A stretch of DNA of 64,000 nucleotides from Thermoanaerobaculia bacterium. Lineage in GTDB: Bacteria > Acidobacteriota > Thermoanaerobaculia > UBA5066. Both the position numbers and the translations under genes were made by a program. The DNA is taken from contig CAVRAY010000001.1 of the NCBI GenBank assembly GCA_963719225.1, positions 928,001-992,000 of the forward strand. The letters are read 5' to 3'. The notes under the pieces are model-generated. The model was not told where the DNA came from and searched no databases. It saw nothing but the letters and a program-made list of their open reading frames with translations. Numbering within the stretch: the stretch's first letter is position 1; each line of letters opens with the position of its first letter. Positions 55,026 to 62,940 of this stretch are shown in pieces.

Positions 55026-56963
55026 ATGCGAACATTCCGCTCCGCCTTCCTCGTCGCCGCACTCGCCTCGATCCTCGGTTCGGCCGGCGTCGCCCGTGCC
55101 CAGGCGATTCCGTTCGACATCGAGGTCGGCTACCGCTTTCTCGACGTCATCGGAAACGAGGAGTCCTACCGCTCGCAGATCAACGAGCGTGAGGGCTTTC
55201 TCGTGCGCTCCATCCACCTCGGAACCGACGGCAAGACGAACGGCTTCTCGGTCGTCGATCACCTTCGGATCGACGGCGCCGACCTCGGGGTCGGCCCCGC
55301 CGGCTCCCTGTTCCTCGACGCGGGCCTCACCGGCGCGTACCGCCTCCGTCTCTCGTACCGGCACCTCGACCAGTTCAGCGCGCTCGCCGGCTTCGCGAAC
55401 CCGCTCGGCGCGTCGGTCGGCCAGCACACCTGGGATCGCACGCGCAACATGGTCGACGTCAACCTCGAAGTCCTGCCGGGCGCCGTCGTCACGCCTCTCT
55501 TCGGATACACCTCCAACAACCTCACCGGGCCCGGCCGCACGACCTTCTTCGCCGGCCAGGATGAATTCCGGCTCTCCCAGGATCTCAAGGTCCACGACCA
55601 GGAGTTCCGCGCCGGCCTGGGCTTCAATGCCGGAGTGGTCTCGGGCGAATTCCTGCAGGGCTGGCGCCGCTACCGCGAAACCGAGAAGGACAGCCTCTTT
55701 CCGGGCGCGGGCGCCGGCAACAACCCGGGGACGGTTCTCGGCAACACGCCGAATCTTTCTTCCCTCACCCGGTCGAGCCTGACCGAGGTGAACACGCCGA
55801 CATCCTCGTTCTTCCTCCGCGGCTTCGCGACCGACGCGGTCCAGATCGTCGGTTTCTACGTTCGCGCGAACGCGAGCGCGGACAGCAAGGACCAGGAGAA
55901 CCTCAACGGCTCGCTCGTGTCGTTCGCCCTGTCCCGGTTCTTCACGGGGCTGGCCGACACTTCCTCGTCACGCGTCCAGAACACGATGTGGCGCGTCGGC
56001 GGGCGGCTCGAGTGGCACGCGTTCGACGGCATCGACGTCACGGGCGGCTTCGTCCGCCGCCACGCGACCTGGGACGGCCAGGACCTAGTGACGAGCCTCT
56101 TCAGCGGGACGTCGAGCTTCACCGGCGTCACGCTCACGGACATCCAGACCATCCTCAACGCCCAGACCTCGGTCGACCGCACGGAAGACGTGTGGGACGC
56201 CCAGGTGTCCGCGAAGGCGTTCGGCCCGTTCGGCGTCCGTGCCGGATACTCGCGGATCGAGCAGGACCTCACGGTCACGCAGGATCCCTCCGAGATTCTC
56301 GTGCCCGGGGGCCAGGGCGGAAACTTCACGCGCAACATCGATCGCGTCGAGGGCGCCCTCACCTTCGGAATGGGCCCGTTCTTCGCGGCGGCCGAAGCGT
56401 CGTGGGACGACTCGGACACCGCGGTCCTGAGAACCGATTACCTCACGCGCAACCGCGAGCGCGTGCGCGTCACCTGGAAGGGCTTCCCGTGGCTCACGGT
56501 CGGGGCGACCGGGCTGTGGGTCGACCAGGAAAACGACACCCTGGGGATCAACTCCAAGGGCAGCTCCCGCCTCTATACCGGCGAGCTCACGCTTCTGCCG
56601 GTCAAACCGCTCCGGCTCCGCGGCGCCTACAGCAAGGTGCAGGCGGACAACACGATTCCCGTCCGGGCCCCGCAGGACTTCACCGTGTTCGACTCCGTGA
56701 ACAGGGAAGACGGTGAGCTCTATGAAGCCGGCCTGGGACTCAAGCTCGACAAGTTCGCCATCGACGGCTTCTGGTCCCGCTTCGCCAACGAGGGCTCGTA
56801 CGAATACCGGCTCTACCGCGGCGGGGCGCGCCTCGATTTCGATGCGACGGCCAACCTCGGCCTCGTCGGCGAGTGGTCGGTGGACCGGTACCTCGACTAC
56901 CAGATCCCGACGGCCAGCTTCCGCGCCAACCGCTACGGCGTCTATCTCAAGTGGCGACCCTAG
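55026..56963 (+). CDS. mtrB: MtrB/PioB-like outer-membrane beta-barrel porin
   Basis: Signal peptide, 645 aa of alternating beta-strands, 'YRSQIN..EG', C-terminal 'GVYLKWRP'; follows mtrA directly. Confidence 0.78.
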   Translation: MRTFRSAFLVAALASILGSAGVARAQAIPFDIEVGYRFLDVIGNEESYRSQINEREGFLVRSIHLGTDGKTNGFSVVDHLRIDGADLGVGPAGSLFLDAGLTGAYRLRLSYRHLDQFSALAGFANPLGASVGQHTWDRTRNMVDVNLEVLPGAVVTPLFGYTSNNLTGPGRTTFFAGQDEFRLSQDLKVHDQEFRAGLGFNAGVVSGEFLQGWRRYRETEKDSLFPGAGAGNNPGTVLGNTPNLSSLTRSSLTEVNTPTSSFFLRGFATDAVQIVGFYVRANASADSKDQENLNGSLVSFALSRFFTGLADTSSSRVQNTMWRVGGRLEWHAFDGIDVTGGFVRRHATWDGQDLVTSLFSGTSSFTGVTLTDIQTILNAQTSVDRTEDVWDAQVSAKAFGPFGVRAGYSRIEQDLTVTQDPSEILVPGGQGGNFTRNIDRVEGALTFGMGPFFAAAEASWDDSDTAVLRTDYLTRNRERVRVTWKGFPWLTVGATGLWVDQENDTLGINSKGSSRLYTGELTLLPVKPLRLRGAYSKVQADNTIPVRAPQDFTVFDSVNREDGELYEAGLGLKLDKFAIDGFWSRFANEGSYEYRLYRGGARLDFDATANLGLVGEWSVDRYLDYQIPTASFRANRYGVYLKWRP

Positions 56964-56967
56964 GAGA

Positions 56968-58215
56968 ATGAGGTTCGGGGGCGTTCTCGCCGCGCTTCTG
57001 CTCACGGCCGCCCCCCTCGGGGCGGCAGCCCCGCCCCCGAAGCCTCCCGCCAACGACGACTGCCTCGCCTGCCACGAAGACCCGTCCGCCAAACGCGCGA
57101 GCGGGTCTTCCGTTTTCGTCGACAAGGCGGCGTTCGCCGCCTCCGTCCACGGCGTCGCCGGCGCGGCGTGCGTCGACTGCCACCAGGACCTCGCGAAGAC
57201 GACCGACTTTCCACATCCCGAGAAGGTCGCTCCGGTCGACTGCGCGACGTGTCACGCGTCGCAGGTCGCCGATTATCAGAAGAGCGTTCATGCGTCCGAA
57301 CGGGGGAAGTCGAAGGCCAGCAAGGCCGCCACCTGCACGGACTGCCATGGAATCCACGACATCCGGCCTTCGAAAGATCCCGCCTCACGGACGAATCACT
57401 TCAACCTTCCCACGACCTGCCTGAAGTGTCACGGGAACCTCGCGGTCGTCGCGGGCGCCGGGGGCCCGCCCGTGAACCAGCCGGCGCTCTTCCACGACAG
57501 CATCCACGGCAGGGCGCTGGAAAAAAGCGGACTCAAGATCGCACCGAACTGCGCGACCTGTCACGGTTCTCACGCGATCCGAGATCCGCGGAAGGACTCC
57601 GAAAGCCTCGTGTACCGGACGCGCGTCCCCGCGACGTGCGGAAGCTGCCACGAGAAGATCCTCGCCGAGTACGGCGACTCGATACACGGGACACAGCTCG
57701 CCAAGGGCAACGGGAAAGTGCCCGTGTGCAACGACTGCCACACGGCACATGCCATCTCGGCCTCCAACGATGCGCGACGCCTCGCGATTCTCCGCCAGTG
57801 CGGGGGCTGTCACGAGTCCTCGCTCGCGACGTACCGCGACACCTATCACGGCCAGGTCAGCGCGATGGGCTTCTCGCGCATCGCCACCTGCGCCGATTGC
57901 CACACGGCGCACGAGATCCATCCGGCCGGCGACCCGCGGTCTTCGGTGGGGCCCTCGAACCGCCTGTCCACGTGCCAGAAGTGTCACCCCGGCGCGTCGG
58001 CGAACTTCGCCCGTTACGACCCCCACGCGAACACGCACGACAAGGGTCGGAACCGCCTCTTGTGGGCGACCGCCCTCTTCATGAAGATCCTTCTCGCAGG
58101 TGTCTTCGCGTTCTTCGGGATTCACACGGTCCTGTGGTTCCCCCGGTCGGTCAAGGCGCGCGTCGACGCGCGGCGGAACGGCCGCGGCCCGGCCGGCGGA
58201 GAGGGAGAAGGGTGA
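56968..58215 (+). CDS. 11-heme periplasmic cytochrome c with C-terminal TM helix (CbcL-like c-domain)
   Basis: 11 CxxCH motifs, repeated 'Y..S.HG'; C-terminal 'YDPHAN...FFGIHTVLWF'. Confidence 0.85.
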   Translation: MRFGGVLAALLLTAAPLGAAAPPPKPPANDDCLACHEDPSAKRASGSSVFVDKAAFAASVHGVAGAACVDCHQDLAKTTDFPHPEKVAPVDCATCHASQVADYQKSVHASERGKSKASKAATCTDCHGIHDIRPSKDPASRTNHFNLPTTCLKCHGNLAVVAGAGGPPVNQPALFHDSIHGRALEKSGLKIAPNCATCHGSHAIRDPRKDSESLVYRTRVPATCGSCHEKILAEYGDSIHGTQLAKGNGKVPVCNDCHTAHAISASNDARRLAILRQCGGCHESSLATYRDTYHGQVSAMGFSRIATCADCHTAHEIHPAGDPRSSVGPSNRLSTCQKCHPGASANFARYDPHANTHDKGRNRLLWATALFMKILLAGVFAFFGIHTVLWFPRSVKARVDARRNGRGPAGGEGEG

Positions 58216-59054
58216 TGGACCAGAACGCTCCCGCGCCCGCCGGTCCCGTCTGGGTCCGGCGCTTCGACCGGTTCGACCGCTCGCTGCACATCCTCCTCAT
58301 GGCGAGCTTCCTCGGGCTCTCCCTGACCGGCGTGCCGCTGCTCTTCTCGGAAAAGCCCTGGGCGGCGACGCTCTCGCACCTCTTCGGAGGCTTTCGCTCG
58401 GCGGCGGTGCTTCACCGCGTCTTCGCCACCGGGATGCTCGTGTGTTTCGGGAGCCATCTCGCGCGCCTCTTCAAGAGGCTCTTCGGCGACAAGGAGTACA
58501 GCATCCTGTGGGGCCCGTCCTCCCTGGTCCCCCAGCCCCGCGACCTCAAGGAGCTCGTGCAGCACGTCCGCTGGTTCCTCGGGCGGGACGAGCGTCCGCG
58601 CTTCGAGCGTTTCACCTACTGGGAGAAATTCGACTACTGGGCCGTGTTCTGGGGCATGGGGATCATCGGAGGATCCGGGCTCATTCTCTGGGCTCCGAAG
58701 TTCTGGGCGCGGTTCCTGCCCGGAGACCTCTTCAACATCGCGCTCCTCGTGCACGGCGAGGAGGCCCTTCTCGCGGTCGTCTTCATCTTCACGATCCACT
58801 TCTTCAACGGCCACCTGAGGCCCGAGAAATTTCCGATGGACACGGTCATCTTCACGGGAGTCCTTCCGCTCGAAGAGCTGAAGCACGAGCGCCCCGCCGA
58901 GTACGAAAGGCTCCTCGCGGAGGGGGGCGTCGAGCGCCTCGCGTCTCCTCCACCGACCGCCGACCGCCTCCGGAAGAGCCGCATCGTCGGAACGGTGGCC
59001 GTTTCCCTCGGCCTTCTCCTCGTTGCGTTTACACTCATCGCTCTCCTGAGCTGA
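58215..59054 (+). CDS. Cytochrome b (FdnI/HydC-type; CbcL-like b-domain)
   Basis: 'RRFDRFDRSLH', 'LHR', 'F.RFTYWEKFDYWAVFWG', 'LVHGEEALLA', 'IHFFNGHLRPEKFPMD'; TGATG coupling to the upstream gene. Confidence 0.85.
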   Translation: MDQNAPAPAGPVWVRRFDRFDRSLHILLMASFLGLSLTGVPLLFSEKPWAATLSHLFGGFRSAAVLHRVFATGMLVCFGSHLARLFKRLFGDKEYSILWGPSSLVPQPRDLKELVQHVRWFLGRDERPRFERFTYWEKFDYWAVFWGMGIIGGSGLILWAPKFWARFLPGDLFNIALLVHGEEALLAVVFIFTIHFFNGHLRPEKFPMDTVIFTGVLPLEELKHERPAEYERLLAEGGVERLASPPPTADRLRKSRIVGTVAVSLGLLLVAFTLIALLS

Positions 59055-59075
59055 ACCGCGCCGAGGAGGAGTCAC

Positions 59076-60530
59076 ATGAGCGCACGACCCGGCGGCCGAC
59101 TGGCCGTATGGCTGAGGCCGATCTTCTACCTCGGGCGGAACCGTGTCTCGCAGCTCGGCGTCGCGCTCACGACGAGCGCTGCCGTCACCCTGATCGGCTT
59201 CTGGCTCTTCGAAATCACGAACTCGAAGCCCGTCCATCCGTATTCGGGCATCCTCTTCATCCTCGTCCTCCCGTTCTTCTTCCTCCTGGGTCTTCTCCTG
59301 ATCCCGATCGGGATCCTGCTCGAGCGCCGCAGGCTCCGCCGCGAAGGGACTCTGCCCCACGATTACCCCAAGGTGGACCTCGCCGACGCGAATCTCCGGC
59401 GCGCGGCGATTCTCATCTCCGGCCTGACGGTCGCGAACGTCCTGATCCTGAGCCTTTCGGCCTACGTCGGCGTCGAGTACATGGACTCGGCCCGGTTCTG
59501 CGGCCTCACGTGCCACACCGTCATGGCGCCGGAGTACACGGCCTACCTGGATTCGCCGCACTCGCGCATCGCCTGCGCGAGCTGTCACATCGGCCCGGGG
59601 GCTCCCTGGGTCGTCAAGGCGAAGGTGGACGGCGTTCGCCAGGTCATCGCGGTCACGTTCGGGACGTACTCGCGCCCGATCCCGTCGCCCGTCCACACGC
59701 TGCGTCCCGCCCGGGCCACGTGCGAGCAGTGCCACTGGCCACAGAAGTTCCAGGGCGACAAGCTGAAGATCATCTCGAAATTCGGCGACGACGAGAAGAA
59801 CACGCCGACGAAGACGGTGCTGCTGCTCAAGCTGGGCGGGCACATGGGCTCCCGTGCCACGGGCATCCACGGCCGCCATTTCGACGACAGGGAACGGATC
59901 TCGTACGTCACGACGAACCCGCGCCGCGAAGTCATCTCGTCCGTCTCCTACGTCGGCGACGACGGCAAGTCCGTGGAGTACACCTCCACCGAGGTGAAGG
60001 GAACGCCCGAGGACGCGAAGAAGGGCGAGCGCCGGACGATGGATTGCATCGACTGCCACAACCGGCCGACGCACGCGTTCCAGCTCCCCGAGCGCGCGGT
60101 GAACGAGGCGATGGCGGCGGAACGCATCAGCCTCGAGCTGCCGTTCGTCCACAAGAAGGCAATCGAGCTCCTCAAGGTCACGTACCCGACGCGCGAAGCG
60201 GCGTTCGAGCGCATCGAAAAAGACCTCACCGACTTCTACCGGACGAAGTATCCGGACGTGTTCCAGTCACGGCGCGCCTCCGTGGAAACCGCGGTACGCG
60301 AGGTGCAGCGGATCTACGGGCGAAACGTGTGGCCCGACATGAAGATCACCTGGGGGACCCACCCGAACCACATCGGTCACGAGGACTTCCTGGGCTGCTT
60401 CCGCTGCCACGACGGCAACCACAAGGCGCCCGACGGACGGGCCATCTCGGCCGAGTGCGACGCCTGCCATTCCCTCCTCGCCCAGGAAGAATCGAACCCG
60501 AAAGTGCTCGCGGACCTCGGCATCCACTGA
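59076..60530 (+). CDS. NapC/NirT-domain membrane multiheme cytochrome (ImcH-like)
   Basis: 3 N-terminal TM helices; 'FCGLTCHTVMAPE', 'SPH..IACASCHIG', 'LRPARATCEQCHWP', 'MDCIDCHNRPTH', 'GCFRCHDGNH', 'CDACH' (5 CxxCH plus 1 CxxxCH). Confidence 0.85.
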   Translation: MSARPGGRLAVWLRPIFYLGRNRVSQLGVALTTSAAVTLIGFWLFEITNSKPVHPYSGILFILVLPFFFLLGLLLIPIGILLERRRLRREGTLPHDYPKVDLADANLRRAAILISGLTVANVLILSLSAYVGVEYMDSARFCGLTCHTVMAPEYTAYLDSPHSRIACASCHIGPGAPWVVKAKVDGVRQVIAVTFGTYSRPIPSPVHTLRPARATCEQCHWPQKFQGDKLKIISKFGDDEKNTPTKTVLLLKLGGHMGSRATGIHGRHFDDRERISYVTTNPRREVISSVSYVGDDGKSVEYTSTEVKGTPEDAKKGERRTMDCIDCHNRPTHAFQLPERAVNEAMAAERISLELPFVHKKAIELLKVTYPTREAAFERIEKDLTDFYRTKYPDVFQSRRASVETAVREVQRIYGRNVWPDMKITWGTHPNHIGHEDFLGCFRCHDGNHKAPDGRAISAECDACHSLLAQEESNPKVLADLGIH

Positions 60531-60594
60531 CGGGCGCTTTTGAATCAGGTGCATCATGGGAGCGGGCGAGGCGAGTCGCCACCCTGTAGGGGTC

Positions 60595-61536
60595 GTGACG
60601 GATCTGTCGACCTCCTACCTGGGGCTGAAGCTCGCCCATCCCCTCGTGCCGGGAGCGTCGCCGCTCTCCTATGAGCTGGATTCGATCCTCCGCCTGGAGG
60701 ACGCCGGCGCGCCCGCGATCGTGCTGCACTCGCTCTTCGAGGAGCAGATCTCGGCCGACCCCCTCCGAACGTCTCGGTCGGCCGCGGACCCCGTCGGCTA
60801 TCTCGAGCACCTGAACCGGGTCAAGGAGTCCGTCCACTTCCCGGTCATCGCGTCGCTCAATGGCACGACCGACGAGGGCTGGACGTCGTTCGCGAGCCTC
60901 GTCGAACAGGCGGGAGCCGATGCCCTCGAGCTGAACCTCTATCACCTCTCGACGAACCTCTGGACGAGCGGTGCGACGCTCGAGGCCTACACGCTCGACA
61001 CCGTGCGGACCGTGCGGACCCTCGTATCGATTCCGGTCGCCGTCAAGATCTTCCCCTATTTCTCCTCGATCGCGTCGCTCGCGCGGCAGTTCGAGGAGAT
61101 CGGCGTGAACGGGCTCGTCCTCTTCAACCGGAGCTATCAGCCGGACATCGACCTCGAAAACCTTGAGGTGAAGCCGGACCTGCGCCTCTCGACCTCCGCG
61201 GACCTGCTCTCGCGCCTCTACTGGATCGCGATGCTCTCCGGCCGCGTGGACCTGTCGCTCGCCGTGACCGGCGGCGTCCACACGGGCGCCGACGCGCTGA
61301 AGGCGATTCTCGCGGGAGCCGACGCCGTTCAGATGGTCTCCGCCCTTCTCCAGAACGGCCCTGGGCACTTGAAGGTCGTGCGCATGGAGATGGAGCAGTG
61401 GCTCGAGAGCCACGGTCATTCCTCGCTCGAGGAGCTTCGGGGGAGCATGAGCCTCGAGCGGCGGGAGGACGGCCGCGCGTTCGCCCGCGCCGGGCTGCTG
61501 CAGGTCCTTCAGCGGGGAATCCAGCCGATCTCGTAG
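60595..61536 (+). CDS. Dihydroorotate-dehydrogenase-like FMN protein
   Basis: 'DLSTSYLGLKL.HP..ASPL', 'SLFEEQI', 'DALELN', 'FNRSYQPDID', 'TGGVH', 'GADAVQMVSALL'; start GTG 60595 or ATG 60556. Confidence 0.85.
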   Translation: MTDLSTSYLGLKLAHPLVPGASPLSYELDSILRLEDAGAPAIVLHSLFEEQISADPLRTSRSAADPVGYLEHLNRVKESVHFPVIASLNGTTDEGWTSFASLVEQAGADALELNLYHLSTNLWTSGATLEAYTLDTVRTVRTLVSIPVAVKIFPYFSSIASLARQFEEIGVNGLVLFNRSYQPDIDLENLEVKPDLRLSTSADLLSRLYWIAMLSGRVDLSLAVTGGVHTGADALKAILAGADAVQMVSALLQNGPGHLKVVRMEMEQWLESHGHSSLEELRGSMSLERREDGRAFARAGLLQVLQRGIQPIS

Positions 61537-61562
61537 GACCGACTTCGGCGTCGAAACAGTCT

Positions 61563-61596
61563 CAAGTAAGAGTACGCATGGTAAGATTCTTACTTG
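61563..61596. promoter_or_regulatory. Toxin-antitoxin autorepression operator and -10 box
   Basis: Palindrome GTAAGA-T-TCTTAC (61581-61593) and outer IR CAAGTAAGA/TCTTACTTG, directly before RBS GGAGG. Confidence 0.65.
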
Positions 61597-61608
61597 GAGG
61601 TGCTGCCG

Positions 61609-61833
61609 ATGAAGATCACGTCCAAGGGGCAGGTGACGATTCCGATCGGGATTCGCGAGAAATTCGGCCTCCTGCCCGACACAGAGGTTGCGTTCGAGGC
61701 GCGGGGCGGCGCGGTCGTCATCCGGAAAGTGCGGGAGAGCGGGAGACGAGGCGCGAACGTCGTTGCGCGGCTCCGGGGAAAGGCCACGGCCGGCCTGAGC
61801 ACGGACGAGATCCTCGCGCTCACCCGTGGCTGA
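61609..61833 (+). CDS. vapB: AbrB/MazE/SpoVT-type antitoxin
   Basis: 'MKITSKGQVTIPIGIREKFGL', C-terminal 'STDEILALTRG'. Confidence 0.9.
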   Translation: MKITSKGQVTIPIGIREKFGLLPDTEVAFEARGGAVVIRKVRESGRRGANVVARLRGKATAGLSTDEILALTRG

Positions 61834-62230
61834 TACGCTCGTCGACAGCAACGTTCTCCTCGACGTCCTGACCGAGGACGAGCGCTGGTTCTCCTGGTCC
61901 TCAGAAGCGCTGTCGCAAAGGGCGGGCGAGTCGGCGCTCGTCATCAATCCGATCGTCTACGCGGAGGTGTCGATCGGCTTTACGCGCATCGAGGACCTGG
62001 ACGAGACGCTGAATGTCGCCGGCCTCGAGAGGCGGCCGCTGCCATGGGAAGCCGCGTTCCTCGCGGGAAAGTGCTTCCAGCGCCACAGGCTTCGCGGCGG
62101 TGTCAGGACGTCGACACTTCCGGACTTCTACATCGGCGCGCACGCCGCAGTCTCCGGTCTCGCGCTCCTCACGCGGGATGCAGCCCGGTATCGGACGTAC
62201 TTCCCGGGGCTGGAGGTCATCTCGCCGTAG
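61826..62230 (+). CDS. vapC: PIN-domain toxin
   Basis: 'LVDSNVLLD', 'IVYAE', 'PDFYIGAHA', 'LLTRD'; overlaps the antitoxin gene. Confidence 0.92.
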   Translation: MADTLVDSNVLLDVLTEDERWFSWSSEALSQRAGESALVINPIVYAEVSIGFTRIEDLDETLNVAGLERRPLPWEAAFLAGKCFQRHRLRGGVRTSTLPDFYIGAHAAVSGLALLTRDAARYRTYFPGLEVISP

Positions 62231-62243
62231 GAGGCCGGGCGCG

Positions 62244-62909
62244 TCAGATCCAGCCGCGCCGGAACGCGAGCGCCACGGCCTCGACCTGGCTGTGGACCTC
62301 GAGCTTTCTCAGGACGTTCTGGATGTGGTTTCGCACCGTCGCGTGGGAGAGGTTCAGCTTCGCCGCGATGTTGAGCGCCGCGTAGCCGTTCGAGAGCAGC
62401 ATGACGATCTCCCGCTCGCGCCCGCTGAGCGGGGAGACGGAGATCGGGGGATCCACGGGAGGAAGGCCCGCCGGCTCGCGCACGGCCGAACGCAGCGACG
62501 AGACCAGGCTGTCGAGCTCCGGGCCCTCGGCCTCGAGGAAGTGCATGAGCACGGCGAACGACGGCCCCGCGGCGGGCAGCGGAACGGCGCGAACGATGAG
62601 CTTGACCGACGCGGACGAGCCTTTCTTCCGGACGTCGAGGAGGAAGGGCCGCACGTCGTCTCCGGCGATGGCCGAGACGACGACCGGGCACTCCTGCGCG
62701 CAATAGAGGTTGCCGAAGACGTCCCGCCCGGCCAGGACGTCGAAACACATCTTTCCGAGCACTTCCTCGGAAGTCCACCCGAGCGCCTTTTCCGCGCCCT
62801 CGTTCCAGAAGACGATGCGGTCGTGGCGGTCCATCCCGTAGGCGGGCGCCTTCGACTCGGCGATCATCTCGAGCGCGTCCCTGACGGGCAACGTGATCGG
62901 GGAGGGCAT
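62244..62909 (-). CDS. PAS-domain LuxR-family transcriptional regulator
   Basis: PAS 'IVFWNEGAEKALGW..EEVLGK.C', HTH 'LSGREREIV..L..G...IA..L.LS..TVRNHIQNVLRKL.VHS'. Confidence 0.9.
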   Translation of the reverse strand: MPSPITLPVRDALEMIAESKAPAYGMDRHDRIVFWNEGAEKALGWTSEEVLGKMCFDVLAGRDVFGNLYCAQECPVVVSAIAGDDVRPFLLDVRKKGSSASVKLIVRAVPLPAAGPSFAVLMHFLEAEGPELDSLVSSLRSAVREPAGLPPVDPPISVSPLSGREREIVMLLSNGYAALNIAAKLNLSHATVRNHIQNVLRKLEVHSQVEAVALAFRRGWI

Positions 62910-62940
62910 ACGGTCCCTATTCTCTCAGAAAAGGAGCGTT

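Noticed and set aside
51893-55120. 1075-aa antisense ORF across mtrC/mtrA, and similar long shadow ORFs (8258..10696, 15844..18510, 22715..25585, 30307..33219, 58100..60589)
   Set aside because: They overlap well-supported genes, have Arg/Gly/Ala/Pro-rich composition with no motifs, and are expected from stop-codon scarcity in high-GC codon-biased DNA
61532-62232. CGTAGGA direct repeat flanking vapBC as a target-site duplication
   Set aside because: Only 7 bp and both copies include TAG stop codons; too weak without comparative genomes
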